Shown: one piece after another, positions 1-10,596 of the stretch
Numbering within the stretch: the first letter of the stretch is position 1
How the letters are laid out: each line of letters begins with the position of its first letter
Assembly: GCA_050115495.1 (NCBI GenBank)
Contig: JASFQK010000001.1
Span: forward strand, 128,001-192,000
Direction: 5' to 3'
DNA: 64,000 nt
Source of the DNA: Phycisphaerae bacterium
Lineage (GTDB): Bacteria; Planctomycetota; Phycisphaerae; UBA1845; Fen-1342
Made by a program: the position numbers and the translations under genes
The notes under the pieces: generated by a model
Databases searched by the model: none
What the model was told of the DNA's origin: nothing
The model's input: only the letters and a program-made list of their open reading frames with translations

Positions 1-1019
1 CCCGGCAGTGGCTCTCCGTCGAGCACATCGACCCCGACCAGATCACGAGTCTGGAGATCTCCAGACTCCGCATCCTCGAGGTCCACCGCCACGGCAACAA
101 GCTCCGCCTCGGCCACCTCAAGGGCAACCGCTTCACCATCAGGGTCCGCCAATCGCACCCCCTGCGCCTTGCCGAACTCCAGGACGGCCTCGCCACCCTG
201 ACCCAGCGCGGCGTACCCAACTACTTCGGCCGCCAGCGTTTCGGCGGTCGCGGCGACACCTGGGCCATCGGCCGGGCGATCCTGCGCGGCCAGCCGGAAG
301 AAGCTGTGAATATCCTGTTAGGAGGACCGGCCCCGACCGATCCGCCCCGCATGCGCGCCGCCCGCGAGGCCTACGACGCCGGCGCCTACGAGCACGCCGC
401 CCGCACGTGGCCGGCGATGTTCCGCGACGAGCGCCGCGCCCTGCGCAGCCTCATCCAGCGCCCGGGCAACCGCCGCCGGGCCCTCTCCGCCATCGACGCA
501 CGCACGCGCCAGCTCTACGTCTCCGCCTACCAGTCGCACCTGTTCAACCAAATCGTGGCCGACCGCCTACCCGAAGGCCTCGGCCAACTGCTGGACGGCG
601 ACCTCGCCTGGCTGCACGCCTCCGGAGCCGTGTTTCACGTGGAGCACGCCGCGGACGAGCAACCCCGTGCCGACCGCTTCGACATCAGCCCCAGCGGCCC
701 GCTCTTCGGCTACCGCATGACCGCTCCCGCCGGCCGCCCCGGCGAGATGGAAACAGCCCTCCTCGCCGGCGAGGCCCTCCCCGACGACGCCTTTCGCGCC
801 GGGGCCCTCCGTGTTAAGGGCGCCCGACGCCCGCTCCGCTTCCAGCCGGCCGACGCCGAGTTGCGCCTTGGCGCGGACGAACGGGGCCCCTATCTTGAAC
901 TCCGGTTCTCCCTGCCGCGTGGCTGCTACGCGACGTCCCTCCTCCGCGAGCTTTTCAGCGAAGAGGGTACCGCTGCCGCCGACGGGGAACCCAGCGGAAC
1001 GGAGGAGTCTCTCGACTGA
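1..1019 (+). CDS. truD: tRNA pseudouridine(13) synthase TruD, 5' end outside window
   Basis: Frame open from base 3: RQWLSV...KLRLGHLKGNRFTIRVR, GVPNYFGRQRFG, SAYQSHLFN, C-terminal FSLPRGCYATSLLREL. Confidence 0.95.
   Translation, partial: RQWLSVEHIDPDQITSLEISRLRILEVHRHGNKLRLGHLKGNRFTIRVRQSHPLRLAELQDGLATLTQRGVPNYFGRQRFGGRGDTWAIGRAILRGQPEEAVNILLGGPAPTDPPRMRAAREAYDAGAYEHAARTWPAMFRDERRALRSLIQRPGNRRRALSAIDARTRQLYVSAYQSHLFNQIVADRLPEGLGQLLDGDLAWLHASGAVFHVEHAADEQPRADRFDISPSGPLFGYRMTAPAGRPGEMETALLAGEALPDDAFRAGALRVKGARRPLRFQPADAELRLGADERGPYLELRFSLPRGCYATSLLRELFSEEGTAAADGEPSGTEESLD
631..646. promoter_or_regulatory. parS-like site inside truD
   Basis: TGTTTCACGTGGAGCA, 2 mismatches to the perfect parS at 15048. 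Confidence 0.6.
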
Positions 1020-1065
1020 CGCCCGCGGCGGGCGCACCGGGGAGACAAGCACACAGCCGGGCGTG

Positions 1066-2388
1066 ATGCGAACCCAGGATCCCCTTCAGTGGAACGCGCT
1101 GCTCGAAGCGGTGCGCGCCGACTACCCGACGCTCTACCGCGCCTGGTTCGATTCGCTCAGCCCCGGCCAACTCGTCGGCGGCGAGCTCACCGTCAACGTC
1201 CCCGACCCGCATTGGGCCCACTACCTCCGCCACGACTGCGCCGAGGCCTTCGCCCGCGTCGCCATGAGCCTGACCGGGCACCTGATCACCCTGTCATTTG
1301 TCGGTCCGGAGCCCGAAACTGTCAGCCCCCCGCGGCGTCCCAGCTCCCCCGACACGCTGACACAGATGCCGTTGAACCCCGATTACACCTTCGCCGAGTT
1401 TGTCGTCGGCCCCTCCAACCGCCTGGCCCACGCCGCCTGCCGGGCCATCTGCGGCCAACCGGGCACCCTGTATAACCCCCTGTTCATCCACGGTGCCTCC
1501 GGCCTCGGCAAGACCCACCTGCTTCAGGCCGTCTGCGCCGAACTGCAGACCAGCCAGCCCGGCGTCCACGTCCTGTTCGTCTCCTGCGAGACGTTCGTCA
1601 ACTGCTTCGTCCGGGCCATCGAGACCGGCGAGCTCCAGGCCTTCCGCGACTCCGTCCGTCACGCAGACGTCCTGATGATCGACGACATCCAGTTCCTGGC
1701 CAACCGCGAGTCCAGCCAGGAGGAGCTGTTCCACACCTTCAACGCCCTTTACCAGACCCGCCGGCAGATCGTCCTTTCAGCCGACTCCCCGCCGGCGGAG
1801 ATCCCGACGCTCGAAGACCGCCTTGTCAGCCGCTTCAACTGGGGCCTCGTCGCCCAGACCGACCCGCCGAACCGCGAGACCCGCCAAGCCATCCTGCAAA
1901 AGAAGGCCCGCATGCGCGGCTGCGAGATTCCTGGCGAGATCCTCGACTTCGTCGCCGAACGCGTCGAATCAAACATCCGCGTCCTCGAAGGTGCCCTGAC
2001 CAAGCTCATCACCGAGAGCCAGCTCAGCGGCAAACCACTTACCCTCGACCTGGCCCGCGAGGTCGTCGCCGGCTTCACCACCCTCGACCAGCGCCCCCTC
2101 CAGGTTAGTGACATTCTCCAGGCAGTCTCGAAGCACTTCGGCATCCGCCTCCAGGAGCTCCTCGGCCGCAAGCGCACCCGCTCTGTCAGTTACCCGCGGC
2201 ACATCGCCATGTACCTCGCCCGCAAGCTGACCCCGCTCAGCCTCGAAGAGATCGGCATGCACTTCGATGGCCGCGACCATTCGACCATCCTCCACGCCGA
2301 ACGCGTCATCGAAAGCGAGCGCAATCACGACCCCCAGACGGCCGAAACGCTCACCGCCCTCACCCGCCATCTGCTGGCCCGCCAATGA
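1066..2388 (+). CDS. dnaA: chromosomal replication initiator DnaA
   Basis: LNPDYTFAEFVVGPSN, YNPLFIHGASGLGKTHL (Walker A), DVLMIDDIQF, RLVSRFNWG, GRDHSTILHA; start chosen at ATG 1066 after truD stop. Confidence 0.97.
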   Translation: MRTQDPLQWNALLEAVRADYPTLYRAWFDSLSPGQLVGGELTVNVPDPHWAHYLRHDCAEAFARVAMSLTGHLITLSFVGPEPETVSPPRRPSSPDTLTQMPLNPDYTFAEFVVGPSNRLAHAACRAICGQPGTLYNPLFIHGASGLGKTHLLQAVCAELQTSQPGVHVLFVSCETFVNCFVRAIETGELQAFRDSVRHADVLMIDDIQFLANRESSQEELFHTFNALYQTRRQIVLSADSPPAEIPTLEDRLVSRFNWGLVAQTDPPNRETRQAILQKKARMRGCEIPGEILDFVAERVESNIRVLEGALTKLITESQLSGKPLTLDLAREVVAGFTTLDQRPLQVSDILQAVSKHFGIRLQELLGRKRTRSVSYPRHIAMYLARKLTPLSLEEIGMHFDGRDHSTILHAERVIESERNHDPQTAETLTALTRHLLARQ

Positions 2389-2833
2389 CAGCGCCGCCCA
2401 CAGCCCATCCACGCCATCCACAACCCGCCGTCCATATCGCCCCTCAACCGCCGACCACCCGCGCCGCCTGTCGTTCGCCTGGTCCAACGTCAGCAACGGC
2501 CACCATCTGCCCACAGTCGGCCCCCATTCCTAAGACCCCGCCAGCCCGCCACTTAAGACCATGTTTCCACGGAACTGCCACGATTGACAGGCTCTTCTAC
2601 GAAGACGACCACATTTTCATTTAGTCAGATAGAGAGTAACGGGCCTGTCGCCTTTCAATAGACGGCTACTGAGTTTGGTCTGCCCGCTGGCGAGAATCGC
2701 TCAGAACCGTAAAATACGGACTGTGTACGGGCAGGCCCGACCCGTATCTGACGTCGGGACCTGCGCTTGCGCGGCCCAGCGGCCGGCCGGAGATAGGACG
2801 CCGCCACAACAGCGTCTGGCAGGGCAAGGTGAT
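2389..2833. promoter_or_regulatory. oriC-like dnaA-dnaN intergenic region
   Basis: Cluster of degenerate DnaA-box-like 9-mers (2394, 2405, 2414, 2507, 2563), then box-GGC-trinucleotide repeat-AT-rich stretch at 2572-2640. Confidence 0.6.
2531..2555. repeat. TAAR-N17-YTTA dyad, copy 1
   Basis: TAAGACCCCGCCAGCCCGCCACTTA. Confidence 0.6.
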
Positions 2834-3949
2834 ATGAAGACAAGACTTCCACGCCAGGAGTTCCAGGACGCCCTCTCCGCCATTACGTCTCTGACCGGCG
2901 GGCGAACCACCAACCCCATTCTCTCGTGCGTCAAGCTCACCGCCGCCGGCGATCGGCTTGAGCTCTGCGCCACCGACGGCGAAGCCGCCTTGCGCTTGGG
3001 CATCGCCGGCTTGGCTATCGATGAACCTGGCGACGTCGTGGTCGGCGCCGACCGCCTCAGCAGTCTCGTACGCGAGATGGCAGATGCGGAGATCGGCCTC
3101 GCCGTCGACGAGCGCCACTGCATCCTTCGCGGGCAGACCAGCGAGTTCAAGCTCTACGTGCAGAGCGCCGCCGACTTCCCGCCCGTTCCCGAATTCGACG
3201 ACGAACCCGACTTCGTCCTCGACGGCCACACGCTGCGCCGTATGACCGGCCTCACGCTCTACGCCGCCGCCCGTGAAACCAGCCGCTACGCCATCAACGG
3301 CGTCCTCTGGGATAAGCACGGCAAAAAGCTCTACATGGTCGCGACCGACGGCCGCCGCCTAGCCCGCGCCGGCGGCGCCCTCAGCGCCTCGCGCAGCGCC
3401 GACTTCGAAATCATCGTCCCCACGAAGGCCCTGAACGTCTTCGAGCGCGTCTTCCCCGCCAGCCGCGACGGCGACCAGCCGATCGACGTCAAGGTTACGC
3501 CGAACCAACTGCTGCTCCGCGGCCAGGAACGCATCCTCTCGACCAACCTGGTCGAAGGCCGCTTCCCGAAATACGACGATGTCATCCCCAAGGAATCCAA
3601 CAAGCGCGCTACCGTCAACCGCGGCGAGTTCTACGCCGCCATCCGTCAGGCTGCGCTGCTGACTACCGAAGACTCGCGAGCCGTCCGCCTCTGCTTCGAG
3701 AAGGGTACGCTGGTGCTGACCTCGCGCTCCCCCGAACAAGGCGAGGCCCGCCTCGAAGTCGGCGTCACCTACGAGGGCGAGCCACTCGAAATCGGCTTCA
3801 ACCCGGCCTTTCTCGGCGACGCCCTGCGAGCCATCCCCTACGAGGAACTGCACATCGAGATGCACGAGAGCTTTCGCCCCGGCGTCATCTGCGGCCCGGA
3901 CAAGACGGAATTCCTCTACGTGCTCATGCCGGTGTCGCTGTCTGCGTGA
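2834..3949 (+). CDS. dnaN: DNA polymerase III beta clamp
   Basis: TNPILSCVKL, ATDGE, RYAINGV, MVATDGRRLA, EIGFNPAFL, YVLMPV; follows dnaA. Confidence 0.97.
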   Translation: MKTRLPRQEFQDALSAITSLTGGRTTNPILSCVKLTAAGDRLELCATDGEAALRLGIAGLAIDEPGDVVVGADRLSSLVREMADAEIGLAVDERHCILRGQTSEFKLYVQSAADFPPVPEFDDEPDFVLDGHTLRRMTGLTLYAAARETSRYAINGVLWDKHGKKLYMVATDGRRLARAGGALSASRSADFEIIVPTKALNVFERVFPASRDGDQPIDVKVTPNQLLLRGQERILSTNLVEGRFPKYDDVIPKESNKRATVNRGEFYAAIRQAALLTTEDSRAVRLCFEKGTLVLTSRSPEQGEARLEVGVTYEGEPLEIGFNPAFLGDALRAIPYEELHIEMHESFRPGVICGPDKTEFLYVLMPVSLSA

Positions 3950-3953
3950 GCCC

Positions 3954-4337
3954 ATGGACACCGCAGGCAACATGAACGAGAGTCAATACGGCCGAACCGT
4001 CCGGAACCGCCGCCGGTACGAGCCGCGTCCCCTCTTCGGCGCGACGGATACGGCGGGCCTGCTGGCGGCCACCACCCGCCGAGCTGCGCGCTGCCGCGCT
4101 GCTGCCACCGCCTGGGCCGAGGTCACCCCGCCGGCCCTTCGCGACGCAGCGACGGTGGCGGATTTCGAAGGTGGCGTCCTCGAGCTCGCCGTCAGCAGCG
4201 CCACCGCCGGCCACTACCTGCGGCAACGCCTCGCCGGCCTGCGCCGGCAAATGGCCGGCCTCTTGCCCGGCCTCCGGCGGATCCGCTTGGTCGCCGGCCG
4301 TCACGACGCTTCTCCGGCCGAAGGGAGACAGGACTGA
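3954..4337 (+). CDS. DciA / DUF721 family helicase-loader-like protein
   Basis: AW..V.P..L...A.V..F..GVLELAVSSA pattern; typical position between dnaN and gyrB. Confidence 0.7.
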   Translation: MDTAGNMNESQYGRTVRNRRRYEPRPLFGATDTAGLLAATTRRAARCRAAATAWAEVTPPALRDAATVADFEGGVLELAVSSATAGHYLRQRLAGLRRQMAGLLPGLRRIRLVAGRHDASPAEGRQD

Positions 4338-4341
4338 GGAG

Positions 4342-6774
<2,433 letters not shown>

Positions 6775-6821
6775 GCACCGCCCGCGATAGCGCCGCCCGC
6801 CGGCGGCAGGAAGGCCGAACC

Positions 6822-7013
6822 ATGTTCAAAGTTGTCAAAATCCTGGTGCTCCTGGCCATTCTCGCCTGCATCGCCGTCGGAGCCTACATGTACGCCCGCC
6901 CCAAGCCCGCGACGACCCCCGGCGGCCCGGCGGAAATCAGCAGCCAGGACAAGGCCGAGCGTTCCGGCGTCGAGGAACCCTACGGCTTCACCTCCGAGGG
7001 CGTCAATCCGTAA
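6822..7013 (+). CDS. small single-pass membrane/exported protein
   Basis: GGAAGG RBS, N-terminal hydrophobic helix, host-like codon use. Confidence 0.6.
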   Translation: MFKVVKILVLLAILACIAVGAYMYARPKPATTPGGPAEISSQDKAERSGVEEPYGFTSEGVNP

Positions 7014-7133
7014 CGGCCCGGCTCCCCGGCCAGCGTCCGCTATCCGCCGCCGGCCCTGCTCCGGTCGACCCCGAAATTCCCCGATATAATCAGGGAACTG
7101 TCGTCCGATTCGCGTGCGGCTCGGGATCTTGTT

Positions 7134-7667
7134 GTGAACCAGGATGAAGTGCTGCTGAAATCTCGGAAATTCTCCATCCGCCGACGGGACGTACCCGTCG
7201 CCGACGGGAGCGTGCACGCTTATGACATTGTCACGCACCCCGGGGCGGCGGTGATCCTTCCCGTGCTGCCCGACGGACGCCTGCTGCTGATCGGCAACTA
7301 CCGCGTCGCCGTCGACCGCGAGCTGCTCGAGCTGCCCGCCGGCACGATCGATCCGCCCGAATCGCCGCTGAGTTGCGCCGAGCGCGAGCTCACCGAGGAA
7401 ACCGGCTACACCGCCGGCCGGCTCACCCCGCTGCTGTCGTTTTTCTCGACTCCGGGCATTTGCAACGAACAGCTCCACGCCTTCCTGGCCACTGAGCTCA
7501 CGCCCGGCCCGACGGCACACGAGCCCGGCGAGCGCATCCGCCTCGTGCCGATGCAACGCGCGGACGCCCTCGACGCCATCCGCCGCCACGAGATCACCGA
7601 CGGCAAGACCATCGTTACGCTGCTCTACTACGACCGCTTCATCCAGGGCCGAGGAGACGGGGCATGA
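7134..7667 (+). CDS. Nudix hydrolase (ADP-ribose pyrophosphatase-like)
   Basis: Nudix box ELPAGTIDPPESPLSCAERELTEETG; HPGAAVILP. Confidence 0.92.
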   Translation: MNQDEVLLKSRKFSIRRRDVPVADGSVHAYDIVTHPGAAVILPVLPDGRLLLIGNYRVAVDRELLELPAGTIDPPESPLSCAERELTEETGYTAGRLTPLLSFFSTPGICNEQLHAFLATELTPGPTAHEPGERIRLVPMQRADALDAIRRHEITDGKTIVTLLYYDRFIQGRGDGA

Positions 7668-8704
7668 ATTTCCTCAACGGCTCATTCCGCGTTGGCAGCC
7701 TCTTCGGCATCAATATCCGCGTGCACATGCTGTTCTTGCTGTACATCGCCTTCCGGCTCATTCAGGCCCAATCCTACTTCACCGTCCAGGCGGCCTTTCT
7801 CGCCATGCTGTTCGGCATCGTGCTCCTCCACGAGTTCGGCCACTGCCTCGGCGCCCGCTCCGTCGGCGGCGACGCCCGCGACATTCTCATGTGGCCCCTC
7901 GGCGGCTTGGCCTACGCTCACGCCCCGATGCGCCCCTGGCCGCAGTTCGTCACCATCGCCTGCGGCCCGCTCGTGAACCTGATCTTCGTCGTCATCAGCG
8001 GCATGTATGTCCTCACACAGACAGGCGCGTGGGAGCTCCTTCTGCTGAACCCGTTCGGCGGTCTCTATTTTCCCAACGAATCCATCAACTTCCTCGTCGC
8101 GGCCTGGATCTTCTACCAGGTCAACTTGATGCTTCTCGCTTTCAACCTGCTGCCCATCTATCCCCTCGATGGCGGGCAGATCTTTCAGGCCATCATCTGG
8201 CCTTTCGTCGGCCTCCAGCGGGCGACGTACATCGCCTGCCACGTCGGCCTCGCCGGCTCCATCGGCCTTGGCGTGTGGAGCCTCGCCGGCGGCGGCAACA
8301 CGCTCCTCTTCATCGCCATCTTCGGCGGCTACACCTGCTACCAACGCTTGCAGATGTTGCGCTATGGCGCGATCATCGACGACGACCGCTTCCGAACCTA
8401 CGGCGACACCGCTCGCTATTCCCGTCGGCGCAGCTTCTGGTCGCGCCTCTGGCGCCGCGGCAGCAGCAAGGGTCCCAGCACCCCCCTCGAACATCCCTGC
8501 CGCCCCCCGTCCCCAAACCCCAATCCCGGCGGCTGGGCGGCCCGTCAGTCCGAACGCGCCGCTCAGGACGAAGAGCTCGACCGCATTCTCAAGAAAGTCT
8601 CCGACCGCGGCATCGCCAGCCTCACCTACGTCGAGCGCCAAACCCTCGAACGCGTCACCCGCCAACGCCAACAGGAAGAACGCGAACTCAATCGCCATTC
8701 CTGA
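7664..8704 (+). CDS. site-2 (M50) membrane metalloprotease with C-terminal DUF6576-like tail
   Basis: HEFGH, GPLVN, FNLLPIYPLDGG; tail ELDRILKKVSDRGIASLTYVERQTL; ATGA overlap. Confidence 0.9.
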   Translation: MNFLNGSFRVGSLFGINIRVHMLFLLYIAFRLIQAQSYFTVQAAFLAMLFGIVLLHEFGHCLGARSVGGDARDILMWPLGGLAYAHAPMRPWPQFVTIACGPLVNLIFVVISGMYVLTQTGAWELLLLNPFGGLYFPNESINFLVAAWIFYQVNLMLLAFNLLPIYPLDGGQIFQAIIWPFVGLQRATYIACHVGLAGSIGLGVWSLAGGGNTLLFIAIFGGYTCYQRLQMLRYGAIIDDDRFRTYGDTARYSRRRSFWSRLWRRGSSKGPSTPLEHPCRPPSPNPNPGGWAARQSERAAQDEELDRILKKVSDRGIASLTYVERQTLERVTRQRQQEERELNRHS

Positions 8705-8754
8705 CGCTCGTTGCCTGCGCGCAAGTGAAGCGTGTTTGGACGGCCGGCACTTGG

Positions 8755-9303
8755 TTACGTGGCCGGCCTTTCCCCCTGACCGCTCTCCAACTCGCTCGTC
8801 GGAGCAGTCATCGCTGACGCCTGCGGCCCGGCCGAACCGAGGCGAAACACAGGCACCACCAGGCCCGGTAGGCCCATCCGCGACGTTATGCTCTGCAAGA
8901 GCTCTCGCCAGTATGGCCAGGCGTTGAAGACGCCATTGAATGTGCCGAAGCTGCGGAGATGCTCCTCTCCGAGACCGTTCATGCTGCTCGCCGCATACGT
9001 CAGCAGGAATGTCGCTTCGATCGCGATGGACGGCTGGTCACCCGTACTTCCCTCGCGATTTGCCGAGAAGCGAAAGCGCGCCAGCACAGCGATATGTGTG
9101 CCGTCGGGCTTGGCTTGTGTAGACGCGTTGTGCGCGAAACTCCACCGAAACCGCATCGGCGCCGGCAGCGCCAGCGCCGCCGGCTGCATCTGGCAGTTGC
9201 ACCGCACCAGCCGCACATCCTGAATCTGCACACGGTCCGATACCTGGACCGCGAGTTCCATGCGCGGCGTCACGCCTACCATCTTGGGTTCCGTCATGCT
9301 CAC
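8755..9303 (-). CDS. SecB-like chaperone (TAC chaperone)
   Basis: IEATFLLTY...NGVFNAWPYWRELLQSITSRMGLPGLVVP SecB-like signature; GTG overlaps antitoxin stop (alternative ATG 9297). Confidence 0.8.
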   Translation of the reverse strand: MSMTEPKMVGVTPRMELAVQVSDRVQIQDVRLVRCNCQMQPAALALPAPMRFRWSFAHNASTQAKPDGTHIAVLARFRFSANREGSTGDQPSIAIEATFLLTYAASSMNGLGEEHLRSFGTFNGVFNAWPYWRELLQSITSRMGLPGLVVPVFRLGSAGPQASAMTAPTSELESGQGERPAT

Positions 9304-9902
9304 GCCGCCATCCCGGAACAACTTGTGCCAACGGTCGCGGGATGTTGATCTTCCACAAAGGTCACCGCCGTCGGCCATTGCTCATACAGGGCCCGCGAAG
9401 ACGCCGGATCGATGAAGACATCGGTTATCGCGGGCCACGTGATGGATGCCCAACCAGTCAGATCGGCGGCGGAATCGCCGCCGAGCATGGCGCGCGCGTC
9501 CGCGCTGTCGAAATACAAGCGAAGCAGCGTGTTCATCGCTCGCCCTTGAATCAACAGGCCGGACTCCCAGCGGGACAGTGTCTCCGCTGCAACGCCGATG
9601 TGCCCAGCCAACGCCCTCTGCGTGAGCCGAAGACGCACACGCTTCGCCCGAATTTCGTCAGGCTGAAGCAGACCCAACTGCGTGCGCAAGGCACGGTTGA
9701 TCTGCTCGTCCGTGTCATTGGAGAAGACCAGTTCCCCACACGCCGAGCACTTCGGCACGACCAGCTCGGGCACAGTCACGTCGTGCAAGCGGCCGTCGAG
9801 TCGCACCTGCGACGTGTACGGGATCGTGACCGGGCGTACCTCGCCTTTCAGGCATCTCGGACACGACCACGGGAAGGGCTTTGTCTTGTGCCTACGCTTC
9901 AT
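9300..9902 (-). CDS. MqsA-family antitoxin (zinc finger + XRE HTH) with C-terminal extension
   Basis: CPRC...CSACGE zinc ribbon, LLQPDEIRAKRVRLRLTQRALA...SRWESG HTH, ~60 aa extra tail. Confidence 0.88.
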   Translation of the reverse strand: MKRRHKTKPFPWSCPRCLKGEVRPVTIPYTSQVRLDGRLHDVTVPELVVPKCSACGELVFSNDTDEQINRALRTQLGLLQPDEIRAKRVRLRLTQRALAGHIGVAAETLSRWESGLLIQGRAMNTLLRLYFDSADARAMLGGDSAADLTGWASITWPAITDVFIDPASSRALYEQWPTAVTFVEDQHPATVGTSCSGMAA

Positions 9903-10239
9903 GGATGTTCACCACATCGATGGTGGTATCATCGATATCACGTTTCATCATCAGCCGCGTTTCTATGTATAGCGACCGTTTGTTGATGATCAGCCGAAAA
10001 TCGTGATGGAACTCGTGCTCGCTCCACTGCTCGCGGCACTCCTTCACCTCGTCGACTTCTCCTCCACCCTGCACGTGTCTCCACATGAGTTTCGCGATTT
10101 CGCGCGGCGTATAGCCGTCCAGGTTGGTTCGGACCCACTCCTCCGCCAGCCGCGTCCACGTCACGTACCCAGTACAGTCCCATTGACTCAAGGCTGCCTG
10201 ATAATGCCTCAGCCGCTCCGGGTCCGTCAGCGGCGCCAT
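9892..10239 (-). CDS. MqsR-like mRNA interferase toxin
   Basis: 115 aa, overlaps mqsA-like start, LYIETRL and terminal VVNIHEA resembling MqsR C-terminus; GAGG RBS. Confidence 0.7.
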   Translation of the reverse strand: MAPLTDPERLRHYQAALSQWDCTGYVTWTRLAEEWVRTNLDGYTPREIAKLMWRHVQGGGEVDEVKECREQWSEHEFHHDFRLIINKRSLYIETRLMMKRDIDDTTIDVVNIHEA

Positions 10240-10286
10240 CGGCCAGACCTCCCCTCAGGTCGGTGGAGACGCCGCACGTCTGTACG

Positions 10287-10318
10287 AGTATACGTTCTAT
10301 AATTGACGTAAGTCAATT
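10287..10318 (-). promoter_or_regulatory. sigma70-type promoter of the TAC operon overlapped by a palindromic operator
   Basis: Minus strand TTGACT-N18-TATACT; AATTGAC-GTAA-GTCAATT at 10301-10318 covers the -35. Confidence 0.75.
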
Positions 10319-10482
10319 TCGGCATGATCGTTTCTGATCTTGACTGATGTGCCTGCCGGAACCGATAACGGTGTCCTCTTCCATCGGTAGTATCATACCC
10401 ATTCGCTGTGGTCCAGACGATCCACGGCGGCACAGGCGTTCAAGCAAGGTCTCAAGAGCCGACGGTTTTCCCTATCCGGTTA

Positions 10483-10507
10483 TAAGCTACAGTCATAAAA
10501 CGACTTA
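10483..10507. repeat. TAAR-N17-YTTA dyad, copy 2
   Basis: TAAGCTACAGTCATAAAACGACTTA. Confidence 0.65.
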
Positions 10508-10596
10508 TGGAATACACCCTTCTCGGTGTCGGAGTCAGAGAACGACAGGATCAGGTGTTCGCGACGAGCGATCGGCTGTGCTTTCGCCAGGTGCAG

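Noticed and set aside
8..817. 269-aa Arg/Pro-rich ORF
   Set aside because: Alternate frame of truD; typical high-GC shadow ORF
811..1065. N-terminal extension of DnaA (likewise dnaN 2675, gyrB 4171, pntA 19365, UVR protein 21545, alr 49050)
   Set aside because: Run into upstream genes or spacers and lack family similarity; downstream starts fit the families better
10227..10433. 68-aa ORF upstream of the toxin
   Set aside because: Runs through the promoter/operator, with no RBS or recognisable motif
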